From assembly GCA_973895155.1 (NCBI GenBank), contig OZ316898.1, positions 12,799,659 through 12,863,658 on the forward strand: a DNA stretch of 64,000 nucleotides, in the 5' to 3' direction. Within the stretch, counting starts at the first letter, position 1, and each line of letters begins with the position of its first letter. Below are positions 58,479-64,000 of this stretch, in pieces. The position numbers and the translations under genes were made by a program. The notes below the pieces were generated by a model. It did not search any database. It saw nothing but the letters and a program-made list of their open reading frames with translations, and was not told where the DNA came from. This stretch comes from Marsupella aquatica. Its lineage: Eukaryota; Plantae; Marchantiophyta.

Positions 58479-61400
58479 TTAATGTGTAGCCACTGCGCCT
58501 TGCAATCCTTGAGGCAAGCCTGTTACTTTAGCAGACTCCAAGATTCGCTCGACATTGCTGATATTGTCCTGAAATTTTTTGCAGTCATCGACGCAACGTG
58601 ATCTACATCAGTATCAAATCCAAAAAGCTGAAACAAAACCGAATGACGAATGGAGACAAAAGGCACAATAAAAAACCGATATCTAGCTTTCTTCAGTCAG
58701 CTCCTGTCTCGAGCAACCTAACAGATCTTCTCAGAAGCCCTCCGATGCAATATCCTTTGATTTAACTCACTTTCAGCCCCCACCTACTTCGACACCTACT
58801 TCGACACTAACCCCAATCACCGACCTTACCATGTGCAAATCTGCAACATCCTAGGTTTGCAGGGATTAATAAGATAGCAGACAAGATTCTCAACCATTCG
58901 AACTTACCTTCCAAACAGCAAGTTTATTTCGCAAGTCCATCCATTGAGCAGACCCAAATACCCTCTCCGTACAGCGGCTGCACGAAATCGAAATAAGGTT
59001 AAGAGATCACAAGTTGATTTATTTTGGTCCGTTTACTCAAGGAAGTGCACACTGAATTTGCGGTACGACATACCAAGGTCAGTCCGGACTCAAACCTGGT
59101 TTTAATACACATCAATTTACTTTGCCGACAACATTTTTCAAAGGAGTATTAGATATGTATCACTGTCGGTATCTTATGCCAGGAAACATTTCATAGTGAT
59201 AATTTCAAAGCTAAACCTTTGACCTGCACACTGATTCTCAAACCTACCTAATTATGACAACTTGTCGCTGCTGATCCATTTTTGCCTCCACCAGCTTGGA
59301 ACTGATGGCCCTCACAATCCAGAATTCCACCTCATCGTCTGTTATCTGTTGTTCAAAATGTATTCAGTTGACATCCCCAAAAAGCAAAAAGTTCGACAAA
59401 AAAGACAACTCTACTCCTTGCTTCTAAACCGTTTAGGAAGAGCAACACTATCTATCTTTCAAGTTCTTATCTACAATAAAGATATTATAGCAGTTATTGT
59501 AGTCCCAATAGAGAATTATACCTTCAAAGTGTCTCGGACAACTGTATAGGGGATCTCGCCAGAACCCTTTGAAGCAAGACCTGTCAAAGATCCGAGCCGC
59601 ATTTTGACCAGAGAATCCTCATGGACAAGCCCTGCATGAGAAATTAGTCAGTACCCTAACACACGTTGAAGCGAAAGAATCAATGGCTCAGCCAGAAGGA
59701 GAAACATTTCAACGATAGAAGCGTGGAACGCTAGAGTTCTAGTGATATCTGGCAGTGCAGTGTTTCACCACATTTTGAGAAACAGCACGATTCCAACACT
59801 TTGTAAATATCATTCGACTAACTTGGGTAATGCACCCTAGAGTTCCTGCTACATAGTTAGAATTGGACGGCTCCAGATTTATCGAAACAACACTCACCAA
59901 AGCTTTTCAGCAGAGCTGCATTTGCACTCTGAAACTCCAGATATGCATCGAGGTGAGACGTTAGGAAAATCTCGAGCAGGCGGAAAACAGGGGCAGTCTT
60001 GTGGTCCCGCTCTAATTGTCTTACAGCAGCGAGGTCAAGGAGATCACTCTACAGGCAATAGAATAAAAATTAGACATGGCCAAGAATTACAAAATGGGAC
60101 ATGAAGTACGAACTCATCAATTATGTATCACTGTCCAGGCTCGTACAATTTTCGATTTTTTTAATAAAAGCTGAGATATTTCAGTCCTAACAACGACGAG
60201 AAAGACCTTCCACAACAGGGGTCCAGAATTTAATCATGCACTCCAGAGCAGATTCGGGAGCTCAGAACCCAGTACTAAGAAGTGCTGACACTCAGTAAAT
60301 ACCTGGAAAGAATCAGGTGCTTTGACAAATTCAATAATGGCCCTGACAGCATCATCCTTGGCTTCACTTAGAGTGGCAGCGTCCTCTCCAGCGAATGTTG
60401 AAAGATACTTGACTAGGTATGCGAAAGATTCCTTCGATGAGCTGCAGAAGGCACCAGAAATGTTACCTCAATCACGACTACAAATGCGGACATTCGTGCC
60501 AATTCCTAATGGAGACAATTTACACTACTTCTCAAATATTATGACAAGATGGCTTGATTCTTACCCTTTGGTGTCCTTCAGAATATTTGTGGCAGTTAGA
60601 TAAAGCTCTCGTTTTTCACTGTTCCCAATATTCCACTCCTTAATGAAGGTATCCAATCGCTTCAAAGATGGCACAACCACCTCAGTCACCTTCCCAAGGA
60701 TCGCCAACTTTAGCGCTCGCTTAAATGTCAAAAATCGACCGTAAGGATTTCCGAGAATGTTGTACAGATGGAAGAGGCTGCAAAAAAAAGGTCGTCAGAT
60801 TTCCAAATCGGACTTTCTTCGCCGAACTCACTCTGTCACCTTAATCAATCAACACGACACGAACAACAGGGCTAGGCCTAGTAGTGTCACCCTTCTTACG
60901 GTGACTTGCATGCAATCAGAATTAGTGACACTACGCCGGTACTACAAATTGATCATCCTTCTGGCAGAAAAAAACTCCGGAAGAGTCTCGGGCCTGTACA
61001 TTTTCAACCGCAGAGTTGGCTTGTCAATAGGCTGAATGAACAATTTGTTTCCAATCTGATCAGCCATGGCAAGCGCTTCATCTGGAGTCTGTACTTTGGA
61101 GACCAGGTTACAAATCACCGTGAAAATGCACTCCAAATCTGTAGCACCGAAGAAACAATATCAAAAAGAGATGAAACGGCCAGCTTCCACTAGTGAAATG
61201 CCGACAATTTCCAGGTCCATGCTTGTAAATCTTAACTGCCCCATTAGTGCAGCATGATCATAGGAACAATTTCCCACCCACAAATTTCACGCCCAGATCT
61301 TACGGAGTAGACCTTTACGGAAATTCACCTTTATCGCAAATTTCTGACAAGACAGCTCAAATTCCCAACCTTGGAGTAGACCTTTCCCAATTCATCTCTT

Positions 61401-62062
61401 CGAAAATTTATTATAAGACAGCTCAAGTCCCCAAACCCAATCCTTGAGGGGAAGGCACATCCCTAACTTAAGTTTCACATTGCCCGTATTTACGGCACTC
61501 CCTGTCCCTCGCCTTTTTTCAAGTTCATCAGGAAAGCGCACAAATGGCCGCAGAAGAGTCCAAACTCAAGTTTACCTTTCTCCGGGGCATTTGCGAGCAC
61601 CAAGTCGGCCGAGGTTAGCAACAGAGAAGCAAGGTCGGAGAATCGACCGGATAGCAAGAGCCCCTCCGCTTCAGCAACGTACTGTGCAATCTCCGGATCC
61701 GCAATCTACAACATCCAGAACCCTAAACCAGTTCAGAAGAGTGTCCCCGCAAGCAATAAAACCCAAACATACCACTCAAAACCAACCCAGAGTCAATCAC
61801 GATAAGAACATCGAGCGGATCCTGGGACAGCCATGACCATCCCAAGGCGTGACAAAAATTCTTCCGAGAAATCATCCAGGCCAAGCGAAACCCTATGCCA
61901 GCAGCAGAAACTAGCTCCACTGCAAAAGAAACGAACCGATCCAAACCAAACCAAACGGAGCAACTGTACCTCTGAGCCGCCTGAAGACCACGCGAGCTCG
62001 GCAATGGTGCGCGCAACGGCCAACGTCGGCTCCTCATCAGAAGTCTCCACGAGCGTCGTCAT
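58479..62062 (-). CDS. EIF3M: Eukaryotic translation initiation factor 3 subunit M (PCI domain), 410 aa; exons 62062-61970, 61705-61576, 61138-61000, 60777-60565, 60441-60303, 60048-59898, 59631-59522, 59345-59248, 58977-58908, 58568-58479
   Basis: All introns GT-AG, phases consistent (1233 nt). Peptides MTTLVETSDEEP..LAW, DLECIFTVICNLV, LRLKILFHLYN, KYLSTF, AIIEFVKAP, DLLDLAAV, KMRL.SL, VEFWIVRAISSKLVEAKMDQ, RVFGSAQW..LR.KLAVWKDNI match plant eIF3m as recalled. Confidence 0.93.
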
Positions 62063-62454
62063 GGCTGCCGAGCTCGCTCGCTCGTTGGTTGGAAGTCGCT
62101 CTTTCGCGCCACGGACAGGCGCTCAACGCTTGCTACTGCGCAGAAGCGATCCAATCTCTGCTTCGTTTCTTTCTGTGACCACGAAAGGCAGAATGTCGTG
62201 AACCGGAATGCAACGGGAGCTCCGAATCGAGAGAGAGAGCGAGAGAGAGAGACCAGAGCGAACGGAAACTCTCGTCTAGTCTCGTCTCTGCGCTTCTTCG
62301 TCTTCGTGCTCTGGGTGCCACGACGGCATCGGGTTCGAGAACCCTAATCGACTTTTCGTAGGTTTTGTGTTGGGGGATGTTTCGCGCGTGGGTTTTGTCG
62401 GGGGTCAAGAAAAATAAAAATAAAAGAAAGACCTTCTCTAAGAACAGAAACTAA

Positions 62455-62679
62455 CTGTAGCCTGGATGGACCGGCATGTTGAACATGGTGCTCCCATGTA
62501 CCACATTTTGGTGGTCCCTGAGAGTTTTCGGATTCAGAACGAAACTCAATCTTGAGGTTTATTAAGGACTGTAGCCTGGATGGACCCGCATGTTGGACAT
62601 GGTGCTCCCGTGTACCACATGTTGGTGGTCCATGGGAGTTTCTGGATTCAGAACAAAACTCAATATTGAGGTTCATTAA
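62455..62679. repeat. ~115-bp tandem duplication upstream of EIF3M
   Basis: CTGTAGCCTGGATGGACC.GCATGTTG.ACATGGTGCTCCC.TGTACCACAT...GGATTCAGAAC.AAACTCAAT.TTGAGGTT.ATTAA occurs twice. Confidence 0.85.
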
Positions 62680-64000
62680 ACTACACCTGCCCCTTCAAAG
62701 GGCTACCGGTAACCCGTAGCTCTCATTTTAAAGAGTACAAGTTCAAAAATGGACTTTGAACTCCACAAAAGGTGTTGATTGCAAAATCTTTTTTTGACAA
62801 ATACTTCACAGATCGTGCTAGTGTTCACATTTTATGGTGAGTAGTGAGTCATGGAATGAGGCTTTTATAATGGCAGGTGTGGTTTAAGAAACTTAGTACA
62901 AAACTGCCCGCATACTCGAGCAATTGGGCAAGTCCAACTTTCTTCGAAGTGCCAATAGGGTATGAATGAACCCCACTTTTGGGTGAGTCTTTGAAGTGCC
63001 AATGGGGTACGAATGAACCCAGTTTTGGGTGGGGTGAATGGCAGAAGCTATCAACGCTGCAACAGAATTTGAACTTGAGACCTCCCTGACCCTAGTGAGC
63101 TCCGCTACCATGCAGCCTTGGGGCAGCTTGTGACCAGATGGATTTGCGCTCAGAACTTAAACTGTTTCCGCCGGCAGGAAAAGTGGGCAGTGGATTAGGT
63201 ACAGGCTAATCAATTCGAATTAGCCTGAGATTGCACCCTTAGTTTTGCATCTCCAATGGAACTAGAGAAGGAGGAGGTATAATTATCTGGGGCCCCCAAA
63301 ATGGACTCAATGAGTGGTGTTCACACTATTGTGAAAACCATCTTGTTCAGCAAATTGTGTTCATATAACTGGTCACAGGCCTTGGTTATTGAAAATTGAA
63401 GCCCATGTAACAATTGAAGCCTCCATGGACCTAGACCTCTTACAAAATGCCCAGATGGACTGAGAAAACCCTTTTTCCCACTAACATAGCATTTGTCCTT
63501 AGGTTAAAAATTCACTTTTATGGTTGACGGTAACTGGGTCCATGTGTTGACAATGGGTTCAAGGGAGTAGTCTGAGAATTACCTGATAAGTCTGAGAAGT
63601 ACAGCAAATGTATTTATGTGTTGCACCATAACTTCAAGGTAAAATTATTAAATTTTGGGGCACTGCATGAGTGAACCTGATCGTCCCTCGGGTAATGTTG
63701 GAGCCAGCCATCCATATGTATTTTTTCATTTTTTGGAAGGAAAATTATCAAAACATTACGTTAGCAAGCTGGGTAAAAGTACCCATGGCAGTAAATTTGC
63801 CAAGCATAACCTAGATTAAATGCAGAAGCCCTTTAGTATATACTAGCCTGAAATACTCTGACGTATGCACACGAAGAGCTTTAGGCTTTAGGGTCCCAAG
63901 CCCATCCCTGCATTTAGCGTCCATAATTAAATAAATACCTCAAAATTTCAACTTACAAAGATATGTATGTCTCCATAGTTGAATTGAGGGTCTCTTTGAG

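Overview
Eukaryotic land-plant nuclear DNA. The spliced housekeeping genes and RNI-type LRR gene suggest a non-seed plant such as a liverwort or moss; this is inference. Host genes: first coding exon of NUP155 (left edge, -), a complete 5-exon AMMECR1-family gene (10447-13033, -), an intronless RNI-like LRR gene (54495-55658, +) and a complete 10-exon eIF3m gene (58479-62062, -). The centre (18368-52045) is a nested transposon complex. An outer Ty1/copia (333-bp LTRs, TSD GAGTC) contains a second, younger copia (19813-25859; 323-bp LTRs, TSD TATAG) in its leader. Its reverse transcriptase is split by a 20.8-kb CACTA (En/Spm) element (29433-50274; 18-bp perfect TIRs, TTT TSD). The CACTA is the main discovery. 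Besides TnpD- and TnpA-like genes it carries a co-oriented cargo array: (1) a stand-alone EDM2-type triple-PHD chromatin reader whose N-terminus resembles the histone H3 tail (MARPKIPAKK); (2) a second, divergent PHD-like ORF; (3) a tandem-BRCT protein resembling the plant Pol lambda BRCT; (4) an F-box-only protein; (5) a ~1,200-codon PMD-like/coiled-coil frame. Together these look like a transposon-encoded toolkit for chromatin reading, repair recruitment and ubiquitin-pathway interference, possibly expressed by alternative splicing from one leader. All protein family calls come from motif recognition by eye; no database searches were run.
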